From the sequence record MT782071.1: 64,000 bases of DNA; one strand, given 5' to 3'. A model generated the notes under the pieces. It had not been told where the DNA came from, made no database searches, and saw only the letters and a program-made list of their open reading frames with translations. Position numbers and translations under genes: made by a program. Position 1 is the first letter of the stretch, and each line of letters begins with the position of its first letter. The DNA is from Escherichia phage JN02. Below, in pieces: positions 9,930 through 18,348 of the stretch.

Positions 9930-10258
9930 TTTACCGCCTTAACAATTTTCAGGTCAACGAATTTTTTCTTACGTTGATTTTTCATACGACGGATAGTCTT
10001 TTCAGAGATTTCATGTTTCTGATAAGCTTTAGATTCAACACCAAATGCAGCAACGTCAAATTCAGAAAGAATATATTGTACTAGAATTTCACGAATAGAA
10101 TTACGTCCAATTTTCTGGTCGTGTTTTTGCATGATTTCATAAAGACGGAATTCCCACGCGTCAAGGACTTGAGGAGTAACAATATTGCCGGATTCCAGAA
10201 GAGCAGCAACTTTATCGAAAGCGAAAGAATTAACTACGTTTTTGATTTTAGTAGACAT
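9926..10258 (-). CDS. Hypothetical protein
   Basis: 110-aa track ORF with basic C-terminus (RRMKNQRKKK); early promoter directly upstream. Confidence 0.65.
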   Translation of the reverse strand: MSTKIKNVVNSFAFDKVAALLESGNIVTPQVLDAWEFRLYEIMQKHDQKIGRNSIREILVQYILSEFDVAAFGVESKAYQKHEISEKTIRRMKNQRKKKFVDLKIVKAVK

Positions 10259-10295
10259 ATTATTTTCCTCGGTTATTTTATTATCCGATGAGAGA

Positions 10296-10324
10296 ATTAT
10301 ACTCTGCTCTCAAGAGTTTGTATA
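10296..10324 (-). promoter_or_regulatory. T4-type early promoter
   Basis: Minus strand TATACA, 17 nt, TATAAT; about 38 nt upstream of the ATG at 10258; spacer nearly identical to the promoter at 40500-40528. Confidence 0.6.
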
Positions 10325-10564
10325 CTATTTTTTAAGCATGAAAAGTAAGTAATTTGTATCACGTGGAGTAATATCAACACCCATATCAAAGATGCCTTTA
10401 TAGATTGGGTATTTGTTTTCGGTTGTATCGAAGCTGAAACTATTTCCATCACAACTAACAGTAATAGCATCTGTTAAAATGTCATACTCAATCCTAACAA
10501 TTGAATCCCCAATTTTAACGTCGAGGTGTTTTTTGAATTTGATAAAATCTAATTCTTGGGCCAT
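10325..10564 (-). CDS. Hypothetical protein
   Basis: 79-aa track ORF. Confidence 0.6.
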   Translation of the reverse strand: MAQELDFIKFKKHLDVKIGDSIVRIEYDILTDAITVSCDGNSFSFDTTENKYPIYKGIFDMGVDITPRDTNYLLFMLKK

Positions 10565-10619
10565 GATATTTTCCTCAAGTTGATAGGAAGATAATATGTC
10601 TTCCTATCGTTGTACATTA

Positions 10620-10820
10620 TTAACCGAACTTTTTAGCGCCTTTCCAGCCTTCGTACATAGCTGCGCAAGTCAATAGCACAGCATGTTGACATTCTTTGTA
10701 TTTGTAAATCCAGAACCAACGTAAAAAGTCTTCGTCCTCAACACCGTTGAGTTTCATATTGGCAAAGAATTCGGCACGTTCTTCACGAAGTTGCCATGAC
10801 ACAATATTTTCAGGATTCAT
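10620..10820 (-). CDS. Hypothetical protein
   Basis: Track ORF 10620..10832; internal ATG at 10820 gives an ATGA overlap with the upstream gene stop. Confidence 0.55.
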   Translation of the reverse strand: MNPENIVSWQLREERAEFFANMKLNGVEDEDFLRWFWIYKYKECQHAVLLTCAAMYEGWKGAKKFG

Positions 10821-10951
10821 TTTGTGTTCCACGCCCCATTTTCATCGATGAACTTAATCCAGTCATTTACAGACCATTTAGTTGTATCACCCTTTGGATT
10901 AACATTTAAAGTATATAATCCCTGCTTAAAAAGCATTCGTTTGATATTCAT
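10817..10951 (-). CDS. Small hypothetical protein (44 aa from internal ATG)
   Basis: Track ORF 10817..11044 has a hydrophobic N-terminal extension overlapping the upstream gene; ATG at ~10951 is preceded by GAGGAAAT. Confidence 0.4.
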   Translation of the reverse strand: MNIKRMLFKQGLYTLNVNPKGDTTKWSVNDWIKFIDENGAWNTK

Positions 10952-10958
10952 AATTTCC

Positions 10959-11252
10959 TCAACTGTAACGATAACATTCGTTAGCTTTACGTTTGGCTTC
11001 AGTATGAGAAGTATTATAATCATAATCTTCTTTACTGTAAACATCTTTTTTCAACTTACGAACTTCTTTGCGGAGTTGTCGATTCATTTCGTTCTTGACT
11101 TCAGAATCAACGCCTTTCATACGTTTCCACTTATCAGAGCGGAATATGTTTTCAACCATGTCTTTGTGGCTAACACCGTCAGGAGCTTTACGTTTACCAA
11201 AATAGTCGTAATCACGAACTTTCAAATCTTTACGACGATACGTTTTACCCAT
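10959..11252 (-). CDS. Highly basic small protein
   Basis: Track ORF 10959..11279; ATG at ~11252 preceded by an SD; Lys/Arg-rich with repeated DYDY motifs. Confidence 0.5.
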   Translation of the reverse strand: MGKTYRRKDLKVRDYDYFGKRKAPDGVSHKDMVENIFRSDKWKRMKGVDSEVKNEMNRQLRKEVRKLKKDVYSKEDYDYNTSHTEAKRKANECYRYS

Positions 11253-11259
11253 AAGTACC

Positions 11260-11508
11260 TCAGAGGTTGATTGATACAATGCGTTTGATAAAATTCACTT
11301 CACTTACTGAAAGGTCTTTAAGACCGATTGATTCTAAACGCTGAGTAAGCGTCAACATTGGGATATAGTCCCAATGTGTTTTAGACGTTTGGTAAGTACG
11401 GACGCCATTAGCAATTTCAACGTTCAAATCGGAAATGGTAATGAATATCAGACGTTCGTTGTTTACATTAAGAGTTAGAACAACTTTCTTTGAATCTAAA
11501 CTAATCAT
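11260..11508 (-). CDS. Hypothetical protein
   Basis: Track ORF 11260..11628; internal ATG at ~11508 preceded by GAGGAAAAC gives 82 aa. Confidence 0.5.
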   Translation of the reverse strand: MISLDSKKVVLTLNVNNERLIFITISDLNVEIANGVRTYQTSKTHWDYIPMLTLTQRLESIGLKDLSVSEVNFIKRIVSINL

Positions 11509-11640
11509 TTTGTTTTCCTCTATAGTAGATGGTTTAATCTTAACACATCTATTGAGGATGTAAACTGTTTTATGAAAATATTTTCGATTTGAGAGGGGCA
11601 CAAGGAGATAGTGAAGTGAAGATTCCAATGGATTATATTA

Positions 11641-11675
11641 GAAATGAGATAAAGAAGACCAGGCGGCACCTGGTC
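11641..11675 (-). terminator. Terminator-like hairpin downstream of nrdH
   Basis: GACCAGG-cggca-CCTGGTC stem overlapping the nrdH stop, followed on the minus strand by a T-rich run. Confidence 0.5.
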
Positions 11676-11982
11676 AATCTTCTATGATATCAGAGTCATA
11701 TCCTAATGAAATCAAGGACTTTTTAAACTCTGCAATATTCTTTTGTTTCTTATCATTTAAAAATATGACAGGATAACGAATATTAAGTGAAGTGAATCCT
11801 GCACGTTTAGCAAGAGATACGATTAAAGGACGGTCATATTCAATCTTACCATTATTAGTGAGGACTTTATAAAATGTATAAGGAGCATTGAGCTCCTTTA
11901 AAAGTTTTGTAACAGTATAACATCCTGGACAACGTCCTACTTCTTCAGGGATGCCATAGATTTCAATCTTGTTGTGTTCCAC
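11674..11982 (-). CDS. nrdH: Glutaredoxin-like protein NrdH
   Basis: 102 aa; CPGC redox motif near the N-terminus (GRCPGCYTV); directly upstream of nrdG-nrdD as in T4. Confidence 0.8.
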   Translation of the reverse strand: MEHNKIEIYGIPEEVGRCPGCYTVTKLLKELNAPYTFYKVLTNNGKIEYDRPLIVSLAKRAGFTSLNIRYPVIFLNDKKQKNIAEFKKSLISLGYDSDIIED

Positions 11983-11984
11983 AA

Positions 11985-12197
11985 TTATTCCTTGCCAAGA
12001 ACAGAATTCAGTTTATTAGTAATTTTGTCCAAACGTTCATTGAATTCGTTGGAGGATAAACCCTTTTCCGGAGAAATTAAACTAATCACGAAAAATACAA
12101 CAGTAAAAGGAATAAGGAAAATAGCTCCAACTGCCATAAACAAAAAGAACGTTACAGTTGTAAGAAAATCAGCTAAACCTTTACGAAATTTATACAT
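11985..12197 (-). CDS. Small membrane protein
   Basis: Track ORF 11985..12221; ATG at ~12197 with AAGGG SD; hydrophobic TM-like core. Confidence 0.5.
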   Translation of the reverse strand: MYKFRKGLADFLTTVTFFLFMAVGAIFLIPFTVVFFVISLISPEKGLSSNEFNERLDKITNKLNSVLGKE

Positions 12198-12311
12198 ATT
12201 TACCCTTAATTGATTAACCAAACATTGATAAACACTAAACTATATTGGGAATAAAATTCTGGACCAAAATGAAAAATCATATCATTTATAGTATCCATAA
12301 TGTAATTCAAT

Positions 12312-12782
12312 TTAATCATGTTTCCACACCCCATCGGTATTTGACCAAAGTCGCTGATTATCTGATCCTCGCCACAGTTTTTTGGTCGGAAGATTTTTCT
12401 CATACTTCCCATCAATAATAACATCAACATATTTAAGCATTTCTAGTTGTTTAATATCTTCAAATTTATATCCTGTCCACAACCAAATGCTTTTATTGGG
12501 ATAAAGATTTTTTACTGTTTGAACAATGCAATGAACAACATCTCGGTTATCAGGATAGAGCGGGTCTCCTCCAGTTATAGTTAATCCTTCTATATAATCA
12601 TTATTCAAACATTCAATTAATTGTTCCAGTGTTTCACCAGTGAATGGAACGCCATTTCTAGCGTTCCATGTTGATTTATTATAACACCCTTCGCATTTAT
12701 GCAAACAACCTGTAACGAAAAGAACGACCCTGCATCCAGGGCCATTCACAAAATCGCAAGGATAAAATCTATCATAATTCAT
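12312..12782 (-). CDS. nrdG: Anaerobic ribonucleotide reductase activating protein NrdG (radical SAM)
   Basis: 156 aa; radical-SAM Cys cluster CRVVLFVTGCLHKCEGCYN; 4-nt overlap with nrdD. Confidence 0.9.
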   Translation of the reverse strand: MNYDRFYPCDFVNGPGCRVVLFVTGCLHKCEGCYNKSTWNARNGVPFTGETLEQLIECLNNDYIEGLTITGGDPLYPDNRDVVHCIVQTVKNLYPNKSIWLWTGYKFEDIKQLEMLKYVDVIIDGKYEKNLPTKKLWRGSDNQRLWSNTDGVWKHD

Positions 12783-14596
12783 TGGTGTTTAACCCTATGC
12801 ATGATTTCTTTATTTTTGCCGAGATTAAATCCGCGTTCGTTCGGATTTCCCAAATAACCACAAGTTCTTCTTATTGTGTTCATCTTTTTAGGATCAGTTT
12901 CTCCACAAATAGAACAAACAAATCCATTTTCGGTAGGAGTCATTTCATGGGTACTTCCACACGTAAAACATTTATCTACTGGCATATTAACACCAAAATA
13001 ATCTAAATGTTGTGCAGCATAATCCCATACAGCCTCAAGACCTTTTAAGTTATTTTTCATATCAGGAAGTTCAACATAAGAAATGTGTCCACCTGTCGCA
13101 ATGAAATGATATGGGGCTTCGCGAGAAATCTTTTCAAACGGAGTAATATTTTCTTCTACTGAAACATGGAAACTATTAGTGTACCAGCCTTTATCAGTAA
13201 CATCCTTTACACTTCCATATTTTTCGGTATCAAGTTTACAGAAGCGATAACAAAGGTTTTCAGCGGGAGTAGAATACAAGCTAAAAGCAAAACCAGTTCT
13301 TTCAGTCCACTGCTTAAGACGAGCATTCATTTTAGTCAAAATTTCCTGTCCAATATCACGACCGACAAGAATATTCAATTCGTGAATTCCAATGTATCCC
13401 AAAGACACTGAACTTCTGCCGTTTTTAAATAACTCAATTATATCGTCATCAGGTTTAAGACGAACCCCGAATGCACCTTCTTGGTAAAGAATAGGAGCAA
13501 CAGTTGCTTTAACACCCTTTAAAGAACTAATTCTACACATCAAGGCTTCAAAACACAAATCCATTCGTTCATTGAACAATTCGGCAAATTTCTGTTCATT
13601 GAATTGTGTTCCAATATAAGAATCTAACGCAATACGAGGAAGATTCAGTGTTACAACGCCAAGATTATTACGTCCATCAAGAATTTCATTACCAGTCGAA
13701 TCTTTCCATACGCTCAAGAAACTACGGCAACCCATTGGAGAAACAGGAATAGATGAACCGGTGATAACTTTATTATTCTTAACTGAAATAATATCAGGAT
13801 ACATCCTTTTGCTTGCACACTCTAGAGCAAGCTGCTTAATATCGTAGTTCGGGTCGTCTTTATAAAGATTGACACCCTCTTCAACGAACATAACAAGTTT
13901 AGGGAAAATAGGAGTTATTCCATCACGACCAAGGCCTTTAATTCGGTTTTTAAGAATTGCCTTCTGAATAATTCGTTCAGTCCAGTCAGTTCCAGTACCA
14001 AATGTAATTGTTACAAAAGGCGTTTGTCCGTTTGAACTAAAGAGAGTATTTACTTCATATTCATAAGCTTGGAATGCGTCATAGACATCTTTTTCTGTTT
14101 TAGATTGGGCATAATTCAACGCATCAGCGATTTGCCATTTTTCTGCATCCTCAATATGTTTTGCATAGGTGCGTTTAACATAAGGAGAAAGTACTTTATC
14201 TACATTAGCAAAAGTCGTTCCGCCGTACTGATGTGAAGCAACCTGCGCAGTAATTTGTGCCATAATTGCAGTAGCAACGCCAATCGATTTAGGCGTTTCA
14301 ATTTGAGCATTACCTAGCTTAAATCCTTTTTCAAGCATTCCTTTTAAATCTACTAAACAACAATTAGTAAATGGAAGAGCAGGGGAATAATCAATATCGT
14401 GGAAATGGATAATTCCGCTTTCATGTGCTTTCATAATAAAAGACGGGACCATATTTTTGGCAATGTGCTTAGACACAATACCAGCCATAAGGTCCCGTTG
14501 AGTTGGAAAAACACGAGAATCTTTATTAGCATTCTCGTTCAAAAGATCTTTATTAGTTTTATGAATTAATCCTTCAATTTCTTTTTCAATTTTCAT
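12779..14596 (-). CDS. nrdD: Anaerobic ribonucleoside-triphosphate reductase NrdD
   Basis: 605 aa uninterrupted; C-terminal zinc-ribbon cysteines (CFTCGSTHEMTPTENGFVCSICGETD) and glycyl-radical loop RRTCGYLG; same length as spliced T4 NrdD. Confidence 0.93.
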   Translation of the reverse strand: MKIEKEIEGLIHKTNKDLLNENANKDSRVFPTQRDLMAGIVSKHIAKNMVPSFIMKAHESGIIHFHDIDYSPALPFTNCCLVDLKGMLEKGFKLGNAQIETPKSIGVATAIMAQITAQVASHQYGGTTFANVDKVLSPYVKRTYAKHIEDAEKWQIADALNYAQSKTEKDVYDAFQAYEYEVNTLFSSNGQTPFVTITFGTGTDWTERIIQKAILKNRIKGLGRDGITPIFPKLVMFVEEGVNLYKDDPNYDIKQLALECASKRMYPDIISVKNNKVITGSSIPVSPMGCRSFLSVWKDSTGNEILDGRNNLGVVTLNLPRIALDSYIGTQFNEQKFAELFNERMDLCFEALMCRISSLKGVKATVAPILYQEGAFGVRLKPDDDIIELFKNGRSSVSLGYIGIHELNILVGRDIGQEILTKMNARLKQWTERTGFAFSLYSTPAENLCYRFCKLDTEKYGSVKDVTDKGWYTNSFHVSVEENITPFEKISREAPYHFIATGGHISYVELPDMKNNLKGLEAVWDYAAQHLDYFGVNMPVDKCFTCGSTHEMTPTENGFVCSICGETDPKKMNTIRRTCGYLGNPNERGFNLGKNKEIMHRVKHQ

Positions 14597-15066
14597 TTTA
14601 AACTCTTTCTAAGCTGCTTTTTGAATGAAGCTATTAATTGTGTTTTGGTATCAGATTCATTATATTCAAATCCTCTTTGAAGCATCTCGGCCATCATTTC
14701 CTCTTTACCTAGTCTTGAGAACTCTTTAGTTTTGTCTGGAACAAAATTAGGATGGATATTATTATCAGAATAATCTTGTTTCAAATAAGCAAGAAGAGCT
14801 TCAAGCCATTCGAGGTAGTCGACATCACGTCCTTTAAGACCGGAACGGTTGAACTTATGCTTCATTTGACCTTCTGCTGCATTGCACAGATTACAGAGTA
14901 ACCCACGAACTCTACCTGCTTTTGGCCCGTTTAATTCGTGGTCGTGGTCAAGATGGTTACCTTGAACATCAGGGTCTAATTCACGGTGGCAAATAGGACA
15001 CTTACCGTTCTGTGCATCATAAAATTTTTGTTTTTCTTCTTTATATTTTGCGCCTGATAATAACAT
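14593..15066 (-). CDS. 49: Endonuclease VII (Holliday-junction resolvase) gp49
   Basis: 157 aa; MLLSGAKYKEEKQKFYDAQNGKCPICHRELD...ASFKKQLRKSLK, near-identical to T4 endo VII as recalled. Confidence 0.93.
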   Translation of the reverse strand: MLLSGAKYKEEKQKFYDAQNGKCPICHRELDPDVQGNHLDHDHELNGPKAGRVRGLLCNLCNAAEGQMKHKFNRSGLKGRDVDYLEWLEALLAYLKQDYSDNNIHPNFVPDKTKEFSRLGKEEMMAEMLQRGFEYNESDTKTQLIASFKKQLRKSLK

Positions 15067-15095
15067 GATAAACCCTTACCTTAAATAGATAAGGG

Positions 15096-15103
15096 TATTT
15101 ATA
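15096..15103 (-). promoter_or_regulatory. Late promoter (TATAAATA) upstream of gene 49
   Basis: Minus strand TATAAATA about 30 nt upstream of the gene 49 ATG; T4 gene 49 is known to have late expression; a 7-bp stem hairpin (ACCCTTA/TAAGGGT) lies between promoter and ATG. Confidence 0.5.
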
Positions 15104-15105
15104 AT

Positions 15106-15285
15106 TTAGTAAACGTTATAAAAGTCTCGATGAAAACGTTTATATTGACGAATCATTCTTTTAGTAGGACGTGTTACCGAAATGATTGAAGTCCTCATGT
15201 TCGGATTGTTTGGAGCACCAATTATAACAAATTTCCAAGATTTTTGACCGTTTGTTCTTTCGCCAAAAAATAATGCAGTTTTCAT
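15106..15285 (-). CDS. Small basic protein (59 aa), paralog of 15710..15880
   Basis: Manual translation MKTALFFGERTNGQKSWKFVIIGAPNNPNMRTSIISVTRPTKRMIRQYKRFHRDFYNVY; AAGGG SD; shares the RPTKR..R..KR.HR.FY C-terminus with the ORF at 15710..15880. Confidence 0.4.
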   Translation of the reverse strand: MKTALFFGERTNGQKSWKFVIIGAPNNPNMRTSIISVTRPTKRMIRQYKRFHRDFYNVY

Positions 15286-15294
15286 AATAAGCCC

Positions 15295-15708
15295 TTAACT
15301 TAAACGTCTTTCTAAATATTCAATGTATTCCGCTGCGGCTTGCATCAGATTACCTTCATAACCGTCATTATTTTCTTGGGCGGCTAATTTAGCTAAAGCA
15401 TAAGAAATACGTTCACCTTCGAATTCGCCAAGTCCACTGCCACAAACTACTTGGTCAATTTCTTCGAGTTCATCTATTGAATGGGATTCCCAGAAGCACC
15501 AAAGAGAAGTATCACGGTCATAGATGCAAAGTTTCTCACCTGTGTTCAACATCACTTCGATAATGCCATGGTCGCCATAACCATCTTCGGTAGTAGTACC
15601 AATTACCTTGACGATTGTTCCTTTCTTTAATTCAGGAAACTTGTCTTGTAGTTCTTCGTCTTCTTTAACAATCTTGAACCATTTACCGCGAGTTTCAGAA
15701 ATATTCAT
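15295..15708 (-). CDS. Hypothetical protein (137 aa)
   Basis: Track ORF 15295..15846; the N-terminal 46 codons overlap the upstream small ORF in another frame; ATG at 15708 has SD GAGGA with 7-nt spacer. Acidic protein. Confidence 0.6.
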   Translation of the reverse strand: MNISETRGKWFKIVKEDEELQDKFPELKKGTIVKVIGTTTEDGYGDHGIIEVMLNTGEKLCIYDRDTSLWCFWESHSIDELEEIDQVVCGSGLGEFEGERISYALAKLAAQENNDGYEGNLMQAAAEYIEYLERRLS

Positions 15709-15709
15709 A

Positions 15710-15880
15710 TCAATATCCTCTATAAAAGTTACGATGAGAACGTTTAGCTTTGCGAAGCTGACGTTTAGTAGGACGAACTGTAAATGGTTGTCCAGAGAAA
15801 AAATTCGGATCGGTTTTAATAAGCAAATACCAATCATGTTTGCCATTTTTTAATAAACGGTACAATAATTTAACTTGCAT
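15710..15880 (-). CDS. Small basic protein (56 aa), paralog of 15106..15285
   Basis: Track ORF 15710..15907; from the internal Met reads MQVKLLYRLLKNGKHDWYLLIKTDPNFFSGQPFTVRPTKRQLRKAKRSHRNFYRGY, which aligns with the ORF at 15106..15285. Confidence 0.45.
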   Translation of the reverse strand: MQVKLLYRLLKNGKHDWYLLIKTDPNFFSGQPFTVRPTKRQLRKAKRSHRNFYRGY

Positions 15881-16008
15881 AATAATCTCTTCCCATTTCC
15901 ATATCAATTAATTCATTTATTGAAGGCTCATCATAACATGTTTCTTCGTCGTTGTAAACTGTTTCGACGTCTGGCTCGACTGTCTCCCAGCGCGCCAAAT
16001 ACCACGGT

Positions 16009-16365
16009 TTAACCCCGGAGTTTATTGAGCTCTTCATAATCAATCCAGGATTCTAGCCCTGAAGGCAGGTCACATTCAATGTTCCACAGAAGCTCTTCAA
16101 TGGCTTGCAGGCGATTATATTCTTCAACGGTAATGGTAACCATTGGTGCAACCGGTTCTGCCTTTTTAACCATCATATCGTTCATCAGGACGTAAAGGTC
16201 ATCACGAACGACAGTGTCGTTCCAACCCCATGATTTGGCTTCGTAAGCTAATGATGAAGGGAGCACATTTAAAACTTCAATAATAGTTGGAGCATCAGGA
16301 CCAAGTTCATTGGCACAAACTTCGTATACATCTTGGAAATCTTTAAGATTTAATGAATATGTCAT
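16009..16365 (-). CDS. Hypothetical protein
   Basis: 118-aa track ORF, acidic; 4-nt overlap with nrdC. Confidence 0.6.
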   Translation of the reverse strand: MTYSLNLKDFQDVYEVCANELGPDAPTIIEVLNVLPSSLAYEAKSWGWNDTVVRDDLYVLMNDMMVKKAEPVAPMVTITVEEYNRLQAIEELLWNIECDLPSGLESWIDYEELNKLRG

Positions 16366-16625
16366 TTAAAATATTCTCGTAGTTGGTCAAATCCACCAAT
16401 ATGACTTCCATCAGGAGCAAACACTTGAGGCATAGTCAATCCGACTTGTGATTCACGTCCAAGCTTAACCAGAAGCTCAGCAATTTTCTCATCATCGAAC
16501 ACACCTTTTTCTGGCATAACATTAATGAATTCGAATGGCTGTTTCTTAACAGTCAGCAATCGTTTCGCATTATCACAATAAATGCATTTATGAATAGTAG
16601 AGTCATACCCGTACACTTTAAACAT
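16362..16625 (-). CDS. nrdC: Glutaredoxin/thioredoxin NrdC
   Basis: Track ORF 16362..16643; from M7 reads MFKVYGYDSTIHKCIYCDNAKRLLTVKKQPFEFINVMPEKG...GGFDQLREYFK, about 90 percent identical to T4 NrdC as recalled; CIYC redox motif. Confidence 0.9.
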   Translation of the reverse strand: MFKVYGYDSTIHKCIYCDNAKRLLTVKKQPFEFINVMPEKGVFDDEKIAELLVKLGRESQVGLTMPQVFAPDGSHIGGFDQLREYFK

Positions 16626-17031
16626 TATTTTTCCTTTCATCAATTAAATATGCAACGCCAAATACAATACATGTAATAAAACCTGTGATACAGATAGAAA
16701 CCAACAACACTGTACCAAAGAACCAAATCAAGTTATCTTTAGTAGTTTGTTTGATATCCATCTCACGAATTTCTATAGCTATCGTATCACCTTTATTCAG
16801 AAGCGTATAAAATGATGGAGATACACGCCTGTCAAAAACTCGTCCTTGCTCATCTTTATAGACTGCAATAAATTCTAATTTAGAATATTTTCCTGTAGAT
16901 TGGCCTGAGATTAATTCCACTACCTCCACAGGAATTACTTTAGTTTCCATGTAAGTATTCTGGCTGTTCCAAATGAATGGAATAATAGCAAAAACTAAAG
17001 CTGCGATAAAACAACGAAGGCTATATCTCAT
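16618..17031 (-). CDS. Membrane protein
   Basis: 137 aa; hydrophobic segments at the N-terminus (FIAALVFAIIPFIW) and C-terminus (WFFGTVLLVSICITGFITCIVFGVAYLI). Confidence 0.6.
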   Translation of the reverse strand: MRYSLRCFIAALVFAIIPFIWNSQNTYMETKVIPVEVVELISGQSTGKYSKLEFIAVYKDEQGRVFDRRVSPSFYTLLNKGDTIAIEIREMDIKQTTKDNLIWFFGTVLLVSICITGFITCIVFGVAYLIDERKNNV

Positions 17032-17336
17032 TATAATGTTCTCTCAAATTTGTGGAAGCATTTACGGCATTTCAATTTCAAGTTATCAGTAGTCCAGTTA
17101 ACCAGTTGGACTTGGATAGTTCCACATTCCGGGCATGGATGTTTTGCTGCCGATTTGGCAGCATTTTCACGTCGTTCAACCATTTTCATGATTTCGTTCC
17201 ATACCGGAGGAACGAACTCTTCTTCACCGTGGATTTTATCTCGCTGAACAAATTCAATCTTTGAACTATCGTCAATAAACTTAACCAAGCCATGATTAGT
17301 GCTCATATCAATATCCTCTAAAAGACGTAGTTTCAT
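17031..17336 (-). CDS. Zinc-ribbon protein
   Basis: 101 aa; C-terminal CPECG...CRKC four-Cys motif. Confidence 0.6.
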   Translation of the reverse strand: MKLRLLEDIDMSTNHGLVKFIDDSSKIEFVQRDKIHGEEEFVPPVWNEIMKMVERRENAAKSAAKHPCPECGTIQVQLVNWTTDNLKLKCRKCFHKFERTL

Positions 17337-18286
17337 TATAACACCTCAATGGCATTTCGTAAACCATCCGCTTTTGCATTCAGAGCTTTTAATGATTTAG
17401 TTTGTTCTGCAATCTGGGCTTCGACTTCTTTCAGACGAGATTTGAGATATTCGCGTTCTTCTCTTAAGTTATCAACTTTTTCTACTTTAGGTTCTTTAAT
17501 AGACTTAGGTTTATACGTATTAGGGTTCTTCAGCTTAATTTTAATACGAGAACTGAATAACATTGAACCGTTATCTTCGGTTTCGTCATACATTTCTACT
17601 ACGTCCATGATTTTTAACATCATACGAAGTTTATAAGACAGCGAACGAACGGTTTTGTTGTGCTTATTAATTTCTTCGGCTTTCATTGTACCGAGATTAC
17701 GTGAGTAGTAATAAGGAACCTGGATATCAATTGACAATGATGCGTTACCATTGCCAGTTGGTTTGAATACTGCAGTAACCCAATCCTTAACATGAACCGT
17801 ATTTGTACGGTCATCGCCGCCTGTGAATAATTTACGTGAATGTTTAAAAAGCATATTCACTTGGTTATTGAATTCACACGCAAATTTATCAGCAAATTTA
17901 GTTTCAGGAATGGTAGATAACCAATCAGCTAAATGAGTCTTTTTAACATCGTTAATAATAGTAAATTCAACCAAATCAGTTTTAGATGTCACAGATTTAA
18001 TAAAGCTTGGCTTCATAAAGTTTTTAATGTTATCACGAGCCACAGTAGAAGATAATAAACGAGAACGTTTAAACCATTGAAGCAGCGTCCCTAATGAATG
18101 AGAATACGCATTCTGAGTATCTTTACAGATATGATTTTCTTGACCTGTGTATGTACCAAAATCTCTAAGAATACCACTTACTACATTTCGGTGTGGAACA
18201 TCAAATCCTAATGAACCGGAAGCACGTTGGGCATGAACGTTAGCGATAAGACCTGCAAAATAATCAATGTAATGTGAACGTGTCAT
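17336..18286 (-). CDS. Hypothetical protein (316 aa) with C-terminal coiled coil
   Basis: Track ORF with ATG start; SD and own early promoter upstream; C-terminal heptad-like region. Confidence 0.7.
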   Translation of the reverse strand: MTRSHYIDYFAGLIANVHAQRASGSLGFDVPHRNVVSGILRDFGTYTGQENHICKDTQNAYSHSLGTLLQWFKRSRLLSSTVARDNIKNFMKPSFIKSVTSKTDLVEFTIINDVKKTHLADWLSTIPETKFADKFACEFNNQVNMLFKHSRKLFTGGDDRTNTVHVKDWVTAVFKPTGNGNASLSIDIQVPYYYSRNLGTMKAEEINKHNKTVRSLSYKLRMMLKIMDVVEMYDETEDNGSMLFSSRIKIKLKNPNTYKPKSIKEPKVEKVDNLREEREYLKSRLKEVEAQIAEQTKSLKALNAKADGLRNAIEVL

Positions 18287-18314
18287 AATATTTTCCTCTC
18301 GTTAAGATAGAAAG

Positions 18315-18344
18315 ATTATACTCCAACCATCCTTGGTTGTAAAC
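18315..18344 (-). promoter_or_regulatory. T4-type early promoter
   Basis: Minus strand GTTTACA, 17 nt (contains palindrome AACCA-agga-TGGTT), TATAAT; about 29 nt upstream of the ATG at 18286. Confidence 0.7.
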
Positions 18345-18348
18345 TGAT

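Noticed and set aside
10824-11270. 148-aa plus-strand ORF
   Set aside because: Antisense to several SD-preceded minus-strand genes; Phe/Ile-rich junk-like translation.
15295-15846. Long N-terminal extensions in track ORFs (for example 15295..15846, 48142..48735, 30951..31526, 29818..30231)
   Set aside because: Extensions overlap upstream genes in another frame and lack an SD; internal ATGs with SD or T4 homology were preferred.
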